DNA of 64,000 bases from Diadema antillarum (Eukaryota): NCBI RefSeq assembly GCF_040938485.1, contig NW_027272244.1, positions 124,001 to 188,000 on the forward strand. Direction: 5' to 3'. Numbering within the stretch: position 1 is the stretch's first letter; each line of letters starts with the position of its first letter. Positions 13,823 through 27,912 of the stretch are shown here, in pieces. The notes under the pieces were generated by a model. It saw only the letters and a list, made by a program, of their open reading frames with translations, had not been told where the DNA came from and did not search any database. A program made the translations under genes and the position numbers.

Positions 13823-14174
13823 ATATGAATTTCTTTTTACTTTTTATAAAGTGATTCATTTGTAAAATAGATCATCATGTCTTCAAAATGTAAAGAGATG
13901 ATGAGAGACTTTACACATTGATAGCATTATAAAAGTCAATGATAAGTACATTTACTGAAATTATGTTGTCTATAAGATTCAATGTAAATCTTTAATTTCT
14001 TTAAAGAGGTGAAACTTCTTGGGTATTACTAGTGTTGTACGATGGCTGAAACAAACAAATTGGTAGCATCTTGCAGCAAATATTCTAGAATTATAGGTAG
14101 ATCACGAAGAGCATTGGATAGTATGCTCAGCACGCATACAATAGGATTTAGGCTGTAGAGTCTTGCCTATATAT

Positions 14175-14862
14175 GTGACTCTGCACCTCAAAACAAACAA
14201 AAAGTCGCACACACTGATTTTGCGTGAGGACTGAAAATAAGTGAAATGGGTCAACCTAACCGAACTTGACTTTTTCATATTTTCTGAAAGAGCGGGTCTT
14301 CTTTTACATTATGTTAAAATTTGGTATCATAAAACGGGAGGGAAAGTGTGTTTTTTAGCAGTTTATCTCGAACATTTTTGGTAGAATAGTGTGATTAGGT
14401 GTGTCTTTGGGATCCCATTTTCATTTCTGAGAAACCTTGTCCACACTCTTCACTTTCAACTCTAATAACTTTTGAAAGGATAGTGCTAATGCTTTGAAAG
14501 TTGGCGTTAATTATGGACAGAATGTGTTAATGAGGCATACTTAATATCAGTTTAATCTGATAATCCCTTCATTGTTGTTACTCTGGTGGTTTACTTCCTG
14601 TTTTTTGTCCCATTCATCGCACAGCCAGCACGGTTTGGTAGAGATTAAGCGCTTGAATAGACACTGTACTTCAGAGCCTCTTTTCTCAGTTCACACTTTT
14701 CCTGAGTTTGCGCTTTCTTTCCAGTATTTAGATAGGTTAGGAGATTCCATTTGATTTGAGTCATACATCATTTTAAAGCTTAAAATCTGCTCTTTCAGAA
14801 TATGGTCTTAACTAAAAATTCATGTCTGGCGACTTTTTGTTTGTGTTGAGGTGCAGGGTCAC
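14175..14862. mobile_element. About 690-bp non-autonomous TIR element (GTGAC termini), copy 1
   Basis: TIR gtgactctgcacctcaaaacaaacaaaaagtcgc / gcgactttttgtttgtgttgaggtgcagggtcac; flanks atat / aatt; inverted copy at 33944-34632. Confidence 0.9.
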
Positions 14863-17633
14863 AATTATACAGGTCAATTGTTCTGTTTTCAACTTGAAAA
14901 AAGAATATTAACTTTATCATAAGAAGCATCTGGAATCATCCACTGAAGTGAAAAATTAGCTCATTCTAAATCCATATTCTGATGTCAAAACATTAATTAC
15001 GATTTCATTATCTTAAAACAGCTAATTCATGCATCAGCGTTATAACAATTTGTTCAAGTTTTGACACATGAAGTAATTTCTCGTTTGAAAGTGGAGACAC
15101 CTAGAAACATGTGAGGATAAGAATCTCAAATGATAATAGAGGTTGTAGTTTGATTTGTGTTAAAAACCTCTATAAATGAATGTTGCATATCCCTAGATTT
15201 CGCAAAAGGGAATACACATTATTTCCCTATGACTGTATGACGGGAAATAAATTAACACGGTTTATCCAGAGAAATCTATGTTTATATTTCTTCAAGAAGA
15301 GGTATAGAATGTTCGAAAGCAAGAAAGTTGTCAAAAACAACAAACACGAATACACAAAGCTTATCTTGAGTGTGTGTAGTAATTTTATTGCATTTTAGGT
15401 TTAGTTTTTTTTTTTCACTCTTGAATATTAATAGCAATATCACTTGACATCTTGCAAAATAGGAGTATAATGAACATGAATATAAACGTATGGGTGCATA
15501 GGTTAAAGTGTGCATGTAGGCGTGTCGATAAATGCACGCATACATACTGTTTTCTCCAAACGATATGCAATGCGATTCATGTTTACCTCTTGAATAAGGA
15601 ATATCATTTTGTTTCCCTTTTTCACGAGAAGAATGCCTCAGAAATCAAAATCACCCAACGCACTAAATATGATTGTAATTTTGTTTTTCTTATAGGGACC
15701 AGTATTAGGAAAGATTGCTCATGTGTGAGAGGTATCAAGTTCGTAATAGGCCCCTATTCATTTATCACACCTGAGAAAAGAAAGAAATCGTACCTCGTAA
15801 TATTCACTAAAATATTTTCGATCGGCAAATTGGCATCGCTTTTCCGATAAGTGTTTGACTGTGGTGAATTTGGCAGTGGGTTTGTGACTTTCGTTTGGGG
15901 AAAGCCTGAATCATAGCACCTGCATCCATTTGGAGACATTATACAACTTCGATATTCTCAGGTAAGTTTAGAACCACAGACAGTTTCACAAAATATGTTT
16001 GCTTGGAGAAAAGCAATCCCCTTTTAACGAGGCTGTTCAATTTTGTTTACGGGGCCAAACGCTTTCTATTTCCAAACGAAATATGTTCGGTTTGCAGAAC
16101 TTTGATGTCTTGCAACTAACCGGCGTATAATGACAGCAATATGAATAAATACATTGATAAGTCAACTTTGATTCCTGGCTTTGCTTGTAACCTCTCTTTG
16201 AACATTTACAGGTCATATTACAGCTCCTGTTCTTTCTCTTCTTGTTTTGTTTCATTTTGTTTTAGGTTTGTTTTTTATAGGAAGAGCTTAACGTCATTCT
16301 TGTTGAGTTGAGATGTCTGCCATTAAATCTGTTAAAAACTATCGATAACGATAGGAATATACGGGCTATTCTTAATCATCAGTTCAAGTCTATTCCTTGT
16401 AACGATGCAAGTGGGGTATCACAGGACAGATTTTATTGTGCCCTATCTGATGATGAACTTACTTTATAACGCTTGAAGTGTGTATTTTGCGATCAAACAC
16501 TAGTCTTTCTATACGCATAGGCGATGTATTGGTCTCTGGCAAATGTTGTCAACAAACTAACTACATGTTTAAGAACTGTATTCTGTCAAATTTGTTTATT
16601 CGATATTTTGTTGTGTTTTCTGTTGACAGCCCAAAGGTATGTCTTGCGTTTCTACATTTGACTTCTTCATTGACATTGATTTTCTTGTCTACATTGCCAC
16701 CTAAGATGGATCGAAAGTTGGAAAAAATTATACAGTAGACAGAAAAATTCTAATTTAGACAGGAAACAACTGCCACAGAAAATACTTTATACTTGGCACA
16801 ATTAGATGTATAGTATATGCATCTGGTTTTACATATAAAACGAGTTGGCCTATACTACACTTAGAAACTCACAGTCATTGCAAGAGACTCAGAAGGAGAT
16901 ATACATTGTGTATGGAAAGGATGAAGTAATGAGAAACGTTACATGTTTCAAATGGTGTCATCCACTTCCTTCAAAACACTGTTGTCAAATTCTCTGATAT
17001 TATCTACAAACACATTTCTTCAATGTGTGTATTGAATTTCATCTCCGGGTTAGCTCTCACAATCCATGGCCTATACGTTTATTGATCTCATCCATAATAA
17101 GCTGGTTAGTCAGTAGGCCTTATAGTGACCATTAACGTCGTAACAAAATTTTGATTTCTCCAACAAAAGAAAAAGGAATAAGATAGGTACTACAGTCTAA
17201 AACGCAAACATTCCGCGACATTTCCAGACGGGCGACGACCTGTAATTGAAACTTATAAGTCCTTATTTAACTCGGGACTTGCGGAAAACTAACTGAGTCT
17301 GTGCAAAGTCTAAGGGTTGTTCAGAATTTCGTAGTGAATTGATTAATCACGTACAGCCTCAGTTTAGGGAATGCTGCAACTTTGTGTCATTGATGGATTG
17401 CTTATTTTCATACACTTCATTTGAAAGACTCGATGGGCTGTACAGTCAAGTTCATTATTACCCCATTCTATGCAAGGGACTTTGGACAGTCTGTTCAATG
17501 TTATCATATTGGTTTTCAATCAGTATTCAAAGACAAACAAAAGGTTAAAAAACGTCAACCTTTTCATAATTGGCGAAACTGACATCATGGAAACTATTGT
17601 CTCACACACGCATTTGATATTTTGCAGCATTAG

Positions 17634-17700
17634 GGAGGCGAAGTGGTTCGATAGCAATCAAATAGCTCGGGTTCGAGTTCTATTGAGCCTAGCGGATCAA
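17634..17700 (+). mobile_element. Decayed tRNA-like SINE head
   Basis: GGCGAAGTGG (A-box-like) and GGTTCGAGTTC (B-box-like); no full cloverleaf. Confidence 0.35.
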
Positions 17701-19779
17701 TGTTATGTTTCATGACGTCTTCTTCTTTAATGTAAAACATTTTGTACCTCGAATAGGACATCAAATTGAAGTTCCATTTATCTGGTAGTTAATGGCCCAC
17801 GCAAAATTACTTCACTCTTCCATAAAGAGCTTGTTGCACACCTGCAAATGTGGTCCACCCCCCCCCCCCGCCTGCAAAAAGTTGACAAAATGATGATGCC
17901 GTCCTCTATGCTTAAGGCTCGACTGTAGAGATGACTAGCAATAGACTGCAAACGGCATAATTTACTCGGCACATTGTGGTTCACAGGAAAAAAAAAAAAA
18001 CGTCTCTAACAATGAAGTATGAGTAGTGATATTGGCATGTGGCAATAGAAATGAACATGAGATACAGAGTATCGTGAAGACAGTTCAGAGTATTCAAGTT
18101 GTTACGCCGTTTTGTTAAACTAAGTCAGTACTTAGTCCTGCGGAATGGGACCATATTATTATGCTTATAGCAGGGACATTCGCAGAGACAGTTCAGACTG
18201 TCCTAGCTTGCAAATCTTCTTGCTAAACTAAGTCAATACAGTCCACCGGAATATGACATCCTTTTTTACAACAGATATTTTTCTCTGCTACTACACGTAC
18301 CAGCACAGGCTCGAGAAAAACGTTGCCGCCAAGCCAAATAGAAAACAGCCAAGTTGAGCGTACGGTTCGACGCTCGTGTGTCAGTGCAGTAGTATTCGAG
18401 TCCTTCCGCGCCCATTTATGGGTGAATGGTTTCGAATCGACACGCAGCAATCAAACGTTTATTTTTTATTCCTCTGTGCGTGTTTCCTTGCTTCTATGTG
18501 CGTTTGTCCTCGTGTAAACAAATTAGTATGTAACTCAGTATTACTAGAGTTTTGCTTGTCATTGAGTGGGCAACAGTACAAACTTGTAGACAGGGAACAT
18601 TTATGGACAAGATGTTCTAAAATCACATTGTTCTCTTTGGGTCTAGGAGTATGAATTAAAATTTTAACAAAAATAAGGTAAACGTAATGTTGATAACAAT
18701 ATCAGTTTCTTGTGAAAAATAGAAAAAAGTGGAGAAAAAAAAAACCGGAAGTAAAAACTCTCCATTTTGAGACTCACAAAGGCCACGCCAGTAATATGGT
18801 CGTATTAAAAATATGTTTAATCTCAAGACATGATGTTGTTGGCTTTTTTTTAATGATTGCTTTTATAATGCTAATTTTCAATTCTTTCCCATCTTTTAGT
18901 CATTTCCATCGGGAAATCCATCATTTCTTTTTTGTGTCTGTTTTCACAGTTTAAGAGAAGGAATAGAGGATAAACGTTCGAGTTAGCCATAGGCTCAACA
19001 GAATTCAAATTCTATATTGTTAGACGATGGTAATAATAATAAAATTACACGTCATGAATGATTCAGTTATACCTGAGACAAGAAATTCTCAGTTTCATGC
19101 CTTGTTTTAACTTCTGATGTTGTCTCCAGTATATGGTAAAAGATAAGCATAATACATGAAATTAAAAAAAAAATTATCTGTTTTCTCTAATGACTATGAT
19201 GTTGAAATGCTCAGTAATAGATACCTTACGTTTGCGATTGTGTATACTATCAGTACTCATATTATGATGAACATGTTTACGTATTATGATATTATATTTA
19301 TGAGTGTGTATCTCCCTTAGATTAACACCCTGGGAAGAATTCAGTATCACTTTTATACTGTTTTCGCTTAATTTTGACTGGTAAGGAGTCTATTTTGAAT
19401 GATTATTATTATCTGTATGCCTTTTAATAGAAATGCACTACAGATGTTTTACAAAAATGGATAGAAATGAGTAAGGAATACAGCCTTTTTTTGGGGGGGG
19501 AGGGAGGGCGATTCTAATAAGAATGAGGTTTCTCTGAAGATATTACTCGGAATGGTCTATGTACGTTCTAAATCATTAAAATGAGAATAAACAACAACAA
19601 TAACAAAAACGTTTCATCTACTTGAAATAACGGAAAGAATATGCGAGAAAAAAAAAATGTTCCGCAGTAGATACTTTTTTAGGCTTCTCCAAACCCAGTC
19701 ACTTACAGCAAACACCTCTACCAAATTTGAATAGAATGACGTGTCGGCCCGGGGTAGGTGTTTGCATTTTTTTTCTCTC

Positions 19780-20010
19780 ATTGAGGAATAATACATATTC
19801 ATATTTTCCTATTGATAGCTTCTTGTATGTTATTATTGCTCTTCTCAACGGTTCTACTTCATTATCGTTACCCCAGCATCAACAGATACCAATTTATACA
19901 CCTGGGTCAAGAGCAATGCTGTGGGCAAAACATTGTTGAACGTACTGGGCAGGATTCTAACCCAAGACAAGCTCTGTTAAATTCCTGACCCTCATCCGCT
20001 AAACCTTCCT
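19780..20010 (-). mobile_element. Decayed tRNA-derived SINE with conserved core
   Basis: Minus strand: GGTTTAGCGG (A box) and GGTTAGAATCC (B box), then CTCTTGACCCAGGTGTATAAATTGGTA core typical of deuterostome SINEs. Confidence 0.55.
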
Positions 20011-20033
20011 GCTCCGTCAGTCTGATGTCGAGT

Positions 20034-20397
20034 GTAAAGGTCTTGATTACCTTTGGGAAAAAGATGTTCAAGATATTACATTTGATGCATTCGTGTAGGT
20101 CAGTTGTATCACAAAAAGAAAAATCCAACTATATAAGATTTTTGTAATAAAACCTGAAATATAAGAAGATATTACTTTTTTTTTTTCATTTAAACGATAC
20201 TGTAGACGGTTACGTCTGGAAAATTTCTGTTAAAGCTATTGTCCATATTTTGTATATCTAACAATATTTAAAATCGATTATACAGGCTCAAATTTTTACA
20301 TTGCTTGTTTCTACGCCTAGCTCACATGTTAGAACTATTTTGAAGCACTAATGCTGGATTTTTGTTTCATCTGCAAATGGTAAATTATTACTTTTAA
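20034..20397 (+). mobile_element. TTAA-type MITE, diverged copy of 30457-30819
   Basis: Shares gtgtaggtcagttgtatca, gtagacggtt and tttttgtttcatctgcaaa-ggtaaat blocks with the 30.5-kb copy. Confidence 0.65.
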
Positions 20398-20900
20398 GAC
20401 TGTTACAACAACAACAACAACAATAACAACAACAAACAATTGTTATTGTTGTTGTTTTGTTATGGGGTTTTTGTGTGGGGGGAGGGGGTCTTTATGATTA
20501 TCATTTTTATCAAGAAAGCAGCATACAATAAGTGTATTGTTCTTTATTTGAGCAGTAAGTGCGGCATGGCATTAAGTGTTTTCTTTTTGCATATTGGATT
20601 GCAAAACGCTCTTTGAATAAACAATAAATTAAATGTACGCAAATGTCGTCACGTAGGTCTTATAGTGTCACTTATCAATGCAAATGGGATCATGCAAATA
20701 TCTGTGCCAAAGGAAAACACAACTGCGTATGCCACTTTTTTCTTTCACTATTGTCTTGTTTGATCTCTTTTTTTTTCTTTGTTTTGCTATTTATAGTTTG
20801 TTCTTCTTTTTCATTTCAAAGTTTTGTTGCCATTCTTGTATTCGTTTTTCAGATTTTCTTCGAAGTGCCGACACGCATTGAGTAAAGTACGCCACCAACG

Positions 20901-21056
20901 ATGGGTTTTCGCAGAAGTTTCATCGGCTTCACGGGGGCTGTGCAGATTCTCCTCACCATGGCCGTATTTTCGCTTACTACTGATGTCGTGCTATCGGTTC
21001 CAGCACCGGCCGAAGAAAACCACGCCAGTGGAATCCCGCTCTGGGGTGGTCTCATT
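20901..21056 (+). CDS. Paralogue A coding exon 1 (MGFRRSF...GIPLWGGLI)
   Basis: ccaacgATG; donor ATT|GTAAGT; upstream acceptor tttttcag near 20852. Confidence 0.85.
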
Positions 21057-22193
21057 GTAAGTTTGTTTGCTGCCCTCCACGACAGCTGATGATCAGAAGG
21101 AGTTGCGCGAGGCATTTAAACAATATCATGTTTACTTTTCTGTTCATGTGCTCGACCTATTTTTATCGTTTTTATACTTTTTTTTTCTTTTGTGGATTCT
21201 TGAGGGTCTTAACTTTTGATTTTTTGTTTTATCATTTTTTATTTTTATTTTCTTTTTAATTCTCACATTTGCGGTGGTAAATGCATTTGTTACTATTATT
21301 TTTTGATTTTATTATTATTTCTTTTTAGCGAGTTCCATTTTTTCTTAGGCCTTAAACATGACGCAAAAGGAAAACATTACAGTTTCTAACATTGGAGGAC
21401 GGTATACGAAGATATCCTCATAATGCTGTTTTATTCGACATAAAAGTAGCGGCTACCAGACATGAAGGAAGCAAATACCAGGTCAATAGCCGACGTTGCA
21501 TATTATGCATGACGTGATGTCTGGGAATGATATAGTAAATAAAGTGTCCATGCAATACTTAACAAATGAACTCACTCTTACTACTGGGAGAGACCTGTTG
21601 AATAGAACACAAACAGTATACACAATCAGTATTTTGAAAAACTTATTTATTTTATCATAAAGTACAATAGATGTACACATTTCCTTTACTAATGTTTCTG
21701 ATGGATGTTAAGGGTGATATCTTTCCCCCTGCTTTCTGGAAGAGGCAATTCAAGTGCTCTTTTTATCGTAAGGGAAAAGTGATCATGTGTTGAATTTTCA
21801 TTATATTTTCCTAGTTTCCTTCTACTCATGTATTGTGACACCACAAACCATAGTAGTCTTCTCATCAAACGGTATGAACACTTAAACTTTAAATCATAAC
21901 CTTTCACCGGTATGTCCGATTTTCCTCAAACTTTCTCTGATGTGTTCTACAATCTAAATATTAATGCATCCTCTCAATCCACCTTCTGCATTAGAAAGTG
22001 AACTTGTCCTTCTTTCGCTAAAGATTATCTCTCGTTGCTTGACTTCCTCTAGATACTGATGTGCGGTGCTGCGAACCTCGTGTCAGTTTTAGGCGGCAAA
22101 AAGAAGAAATCCAAGAACTCGTTTCTACCGGTAAGGAATGATCCATCACAGCAATGAAGTTCAGTCTCTCCCCAACCGCCCCCCTCTCTCTCT

Positions 22194-22244
<51 letters not shown>

Positions 22245-22674
22245 TTATGGATATCATTAAGATATGAAATGTAACTGAAATACATGATGCTTGAACATTT
22301 GCATGCAATAAATAACATAGATAAATCAACAAATGAATAGATAGACATACTTATAAGTAGGCCCATTTATAGGCCCAACGTGGAGTTTATAATTACAATT
22401 ATCATAAAAATTATGAATATGGTTGTGCTTATCATTGGTTCAGGTAAGGCTATCTATCGGTAAAAGGACAGTTTGAAAGAATTCTATGCACTTAAATTCG
22501 AGTAATCTGCAGCCTGAGTACTTTGAGATTCATGCACATGTAAGTTTTGTGATGATTTGTTAGAAATTGTTATCCACACAATTATTCTTTCTAGGAAGCC
22601 AAAGGCCAATGGTGAAATGCTAAACAAGTCGTGAAAATAAATAAATACATAAATATATAGACAAAGAAATGATG

Positions 22675-22714
<40 letters not shown>

Positions 22715-23484
22715 TAATATTAAGTAACAATAAGAAGAAGAATAAAAATAATAAGCATAAGAATTTGAATAGGAAAAAAGAATAAAATAAACAAGGATAT
22801 TTTTGTCAGGTACCAGTAGTGGACAGACCTGACAAGGAAGAAACGGTCATTGTATTACTTTCTAAGTTCTGAGTAGTTTACGACGTCTAGGGAGCTACAT
22901 AATTAATTATACTTTCAAGCTTCTAAACATATCAATACTTAGAAAATACTAGCGCAGTAATAACTTTGCTGTCGCTATGTCATACCAACTGATGGCAGGT
23001 CGCTGCACTTTTCTTGCTCAAACCCAAACAGTCTTTTTTTTTATTATGGTATTTATGAGATTGAAATAATATCACCAAACGGTAGTTGAATACGACCACC
23101 GAACGATACCTTCCTATGGCTAATGCTTTATTACTTTGAAATCGACACAGATCTCACTGTCAAGTTTCATGGCCAATACCGTGGCGTTCCTGACATCCAG
23201 CGTTGTGATTGGTCTCTTCAGTTGGGCTATGGCTGAGGACGTAACAGCCAACTCGAGTGCTGAGGTCAACCACAACATCTACGTGATTTCTTTTGCTACC
23301 GTGATCGCCGCCATGTCTATCATCTGTATCTTGTCTATGATGGCGCTTTTTGCTGACTGCTTCACCGTTTGCTTCAGCACGCCTTCCCTATCGCAGGTAA
23401 TAGAATGCATTGAAAGTGTCGTCTGTTACGATTTTGAGGCGATGCTACAAAATGAAAAAAGAAGAGAAAGGAAGGAATGAAAAC

Positions 23485-23515
<31 letters not shown>

Positions 23516-24374
23516 TGTTGTTGTGCTTTGGTATGCAATCCTAAATCAAAAGAGTACAGTGTAAAAGATTAGCAACAACAATAACAAATCATAATTATGT
23601 AAATTTGCAATTGCCTTATATCACAATGTCATAATGGTTTTACAGGATTTTGAGTAGAATTGAGGTTAGGCAAAATAAGTCATCTAAAAATTGGCAAAAA
23701 GAATAACTTTGGCTTTGATTGTTTTTCTTTGTTTTAGTATTCTTACATAATACAATAATTATAATCATTACGTGAATGATATCGTGGAGGACTGAAACAC
23801 ATTTAGATATGAAATAGAGAATTAGAGAATGAGAAAATCAGAGAAAGGAAAGGAAACACGTATTAATTCGTTCAGGCTGTCATTCACTCAGCAAAGACCA
23901 TAATGTTATGTCACTTTTTTCTCTCACTATTTTCGTTTGACAGCACCCTTACCCCTTGGACGGCTATGATATGCCCCCTCGTTATCCACAGATGCACCCG
24001 GGTGCTAAACTCTACTAGGCGGACCGACGGTTCAACGTGGTGATATCATAATCCTTTCTACATGCTGTCAACTTTGCAAAAATCGAGAAATATGTTAAGG
24101 AGAAGAGATTTATTTTCTTGGGTGGATGCACAAACGTCTTTAACTCTATAACTTTATTGTGTAAGGCGCATTTCACATAAGTCGAAAAAGAGGTCGCGTC
24201 GAGCCCGCAGCACGCTATACCACTGTCGGTCGCACGACTGAGCGACTTCTCATCTGAAATAAACAAGCGCATTTTTTTTTTCATAAGGGTATCGAGATTT
24301 ATTTCGAATCCGAAGTCTATGAGTCGTGCCACCGAAAGTCGTATGGTGAGCGGCGAACTTTAAACTCGACTTAG
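20901..24374 (+). CDS. MS4A/CD20-like four-TM protein paralogue A, join(20901..21056,22053..22130,23151..23396,24288..24374), 188 aa
   Basis: GT-AG exons, all phase 0, four hydrophobic helices, GIPLWGG motif starting TM2, basic loop KKKKSK, DCFTVC after TM4. The last exon is less certain. Confidence 0.8.
22053..22130 (+). CDS. Paralogue A coding exon 2 (ILMCGAANLVSVLGGKKKKSKNSFLP)
   Basis: cttcctctag| ... CCG|GTAAGG; 78 nt; homologous to B exon 2; not in the ORF track. Confidence 0.85.
22197..22241 (+). repeat. (CA)n microsatellite in paralogue A intron
   Basis: Directly visible. Confidence 0.95.
22675..22712 (+). repeat. (TAA)n microsatellite
   Basis: Directly visible. Confidence 0.95.
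23151..23396 (+). CDS. Paralogue A coding exon 3 (TM3-loop-TM4)
   Basis: cgacacag| ... CAG|GTAATA; 246 nt; homologous to B exon 3. Confidence 0.85.
24288..24374 (+). CDS. Paralogue A probable last coding exon (GIEIYFESEVYESCHRKSYGERRTLNST*)
   Basis: T-rich acceptor tttttttttcataag|, open in phase 0 to TAG; no homology support. Confidence 0.5.
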   Translation, partial: GIEIYFESEVYESCHRKSYGERRTLNST

Positions 24375-26056
24375 GTGAGTTTGACATGGCACGAGTTTTC
24401 CACTCTGCTTTAGGCTGAAGAGGACATCGGGCATGTCGGGTGTCACATAAAGACGCAGTCAATCACAATCTTCTCATATGCAAGTCGGCACACAGTACCA
24501 TTTTACACCAGCATGCTATCTTCTTTTGATACGGAGAGTGACAGTTTTGCTGTTTGGAAATCTTGAGGAAAGTAACGCCTCTTTTCTTTTCAATGGATAA
24601 TTACAGATTCGGGTGTTTTTCCCCCTTTAGACAAATATTGAACATTGCAACATCTGCATCTACCGTCATACATGGTAAAGCAAAAAATATACATAGACGG
24701 CGGCTAAATCTTTTCTCAAACTATTGTTAGATTCCAAAATTGTTATTTGCATAGCTTTAACTTGATACCTGCACGTATTAGGTGTTTTCTTTCCTAATTG
24801 TCACTAAAGCAACGTTTACAGGTTACGTACATGCATCGAAAGGTATGAAATGAACTTATCCGAAATCAAGTTGGCATGTGAAACTTGGAAGTACTTTGTC
24901 GATCGCATACTAACAATTATAACTACTATGTTTTGAATAAACTGTGACTGTGTTTGGTTAAAGTAAGATTTTAAATGTTGCACGATTTCTTATGAAATGT
25001 CCAAGTATCAAATTATATGATTTAAAAAAAAATCAAATACTTTAGAACAATATCAAAACTTAATTGTAAGTTCTGTCAAAAGACTTTCATGATATTTTGA
25101 GAATACAATTTTGGTTGTACAATTCTTTATGCCATATCTAGTATATGAAAGTAAACTAAATATAGTATATTGTTGGTGATTTGTCTTTTTGTAGTGTACT
25201 AACGTATATTATTCGTGTAGCCGTCTACATTTTAGGGAAGAAAAAAAAATGTGAAAAAGTGTTTTTCTTGCTTTTATACAAATTGTATACAAAAACTGTA
25301 GTTTAATTGTCAGGTGATCTATTTAGCAAAAAGTATTGATGAAACAGTGTGTATTATGATGTAAAGCAAGCGACTGCTTCAAACTATTTATCTTCCCTCT
25401 GATCAGAGTTTGTATAATAAAACTACTTTCCTTTTTTATTTTCATACAAGCCTTTTTAGCATTTTACCATTTTATCAACGACCCGTCGTTATTCTTCTAT
25501 ATTGACGGCAATTGTACAACACGATTGTTTATGATCAGTCAGGATTAAAATCACCTGCAGTAGGGAACTATTTACTTTGTTTATATTAGGAATATCCCCT
25601 CAGATTAAAGATATTGAACTTGGCTATTGCCGACATGTGGAAATCACAAAATAAAATAAATCTTGTTTTCATAATATTCATCAAAATGTTCACGTTGAAG
25701 GGGAATATTCTGTTGCAGCATCAACTCAAGGATAATTCTCCATCGAAATGTTGTTTTGTCAGTAGATGGTTATTTGAGAGCAATATAAACAGTCTACGTT
25801 GTGATTACGTTGGCTTGTAGTGGTGTTAAATTGTAAGCTTCGGATGATGCATTCTTTTTGAATAAGAGAGAATTAAGACTCAAAGTTCAAACTTGCTAAT
25901 TGTGGAGTTTAAATTTGTATAACGTCTTCCTCCAAAACTGTACTTTGGCCAGGTCCTTTTGGTACACAGGTGAAACAAGAAATATTATATCAATAAATTT
26001 GTAGCTATAATTTATGTTATCACCCTCGTGGTATTTACCGCTTCCTTGTATTAGTG

Positions 26057-26198
26057 NNNNNNNNNNNNNNNNNNNNNNNNNNNNNNNNNNNNNNNNNNNN
26101 NNNNNNNNNNNNNNNNNNNNNNNNNNNNNNNNNNNNNNNNNNNNNNNNNNNNNNNNNNNNNNNNNNNNNNNNNNNNNNNNNNNNNNNNNNNNNNNNNN
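26057..26198. other. Assembly gap
   Basis: Run of N. Confidence 1.
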
Positions 26199-27876
26199 TA
26201 TGCATTTATGTGCTCATGCGTTTGCAGAATGGTACATCAAAAAAAAAACAATAATTATTCGGAAAGAGAGATCTTAATGAAAATATTCTCCACTGTTTTT
26301 TTTTTTCAAAGCAAAGAAATACAACACTTCACTAGAGCGATTTTGTTCTGATATTGGCGCAGACTTTATTAGAAACAGTTAAAATATAAAATCAAAACAG
26401 ACCGTCACCAGTGACGCAATTTTCAGTCTCAAGTCACTCGAATTGCGTAATAGTATTATTCAACAAAAAGGTTCTCTCCCTTTAAAGTATATACACACAG
26501 TGATTATCAATATTGCTTTCCTTTAATAACGTGCACATATTATGAAAGCTAAAAACTGATTATATTTTCACAGAAAGAATGGAAGAGTGTACGATAGGTA
26601 GACGAACATTAGACGCAGGTACATAATGTTTTAGATGTAAGAAAAGAGTGTACAAGTTATACACATATCTTATCAATATTTCTTATATATACACGAAACT
26701 GATTAATAGATTCAAAAGGTTTTAATTGTATTCTAACACGCCGAATGTGAGGTATTCTCCTTTTGTTGAAAGTTTTATTAATACATTCAGCGAAAGACTG
26801 TAGAAAGAGGAATGTTTTAATTACATTTTGAATTTGATTTTCAATTACAAAATAAAATCAACAATCACCTTGTTTCAATTTATTTGAGCTTTATTCAACA
26901 GGAGGCATTTACTGTAGAAGTTTAGCATATATTCTCATTACTCTGTTAAGGCAAATAGTATCCCGAACATTATTTTCTGTCTTTTTAACTTGATATCACA
27001 GTTATACAATGTAAGGAAATGTTAAATGTCAAATCTAGATCAGTATCTACATGTTTAGCGGTACTTTCAATGAATAATTTAAACATTTTCTCCAACCATT
27101 TCTTTTTTTGGTTTGCGAAATATCTTTTTAACATAATTTTTAGCATTCATTGTGGATGTTCGATAATAATGATTGGAGAGTGAAACATTGTGTTTTATTT
27201 GAAGGACAGTTTTGATTTTGCATTATTGTTCTGGTTGCGGAATTTTATAAAGACCTACTTTGATTGCTCAATTTATGACAGATTCTTCAGTATAAGATAA
27301 GATTAAATAATGTAAAAATCAGAGGTTTCCTATTCAATGGTAATACAATCAAGTCTGTTGAAAACTCACTATATACAACTTGATTGCCTGATGATAATAT
27401 TCGGCCTATAACGATGGCGTATCTATCTAATCAGTTGTTTTCCATTTGCTGACGTATCATACAGGTGCAGACCAATCGTTTTATTGTGTGAAATCGGGTC
27501 AATATACCTCCTGTCATTCCTAACCCAGCCCCCGGATTATCTCGACCTCGCTTCCGTAATTCCAACTTCACTTGGGGTCCAACAAGATCTAAAATCTGGT
27601 ACCAACTCTTGAGTCCCAATTAAAAAGAAAACGATGTTGACAATTTGCACTTGCGGCGTTAAATAATTGCAGTAAAGTTTAAGGTAATAGCGAACGCAGC
27701 AATCATTATCATCAAATACTACGCTCACTTCAGCTGTGCGTCTACAAGTTCTTCTTGGTATTTATATCACGAGCTGAAAACTATGCTGGCAGATTTTTCA
27801 GCCTCTAGGGTTGACGTAGCATGGATGTCATGTCGTTGATTTATTACCAGTCGCTCTGTCGGGGATTATTTTTTCT

Positions 27877-27912
27877 TCACACAGCAAAGACACCGCTCAT
27901 AAATTTATTTAC
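27877..27912 (-). CDS. Paralogue B probable last coding exon (VNKFMSGVFAV*)
   Basis: Strong acceptor ctttctttgttcttacag|; phase 0 to TGA. Confidence 0.5.
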   Translation of the reverse strand, partial: VNKFMSGVFAV

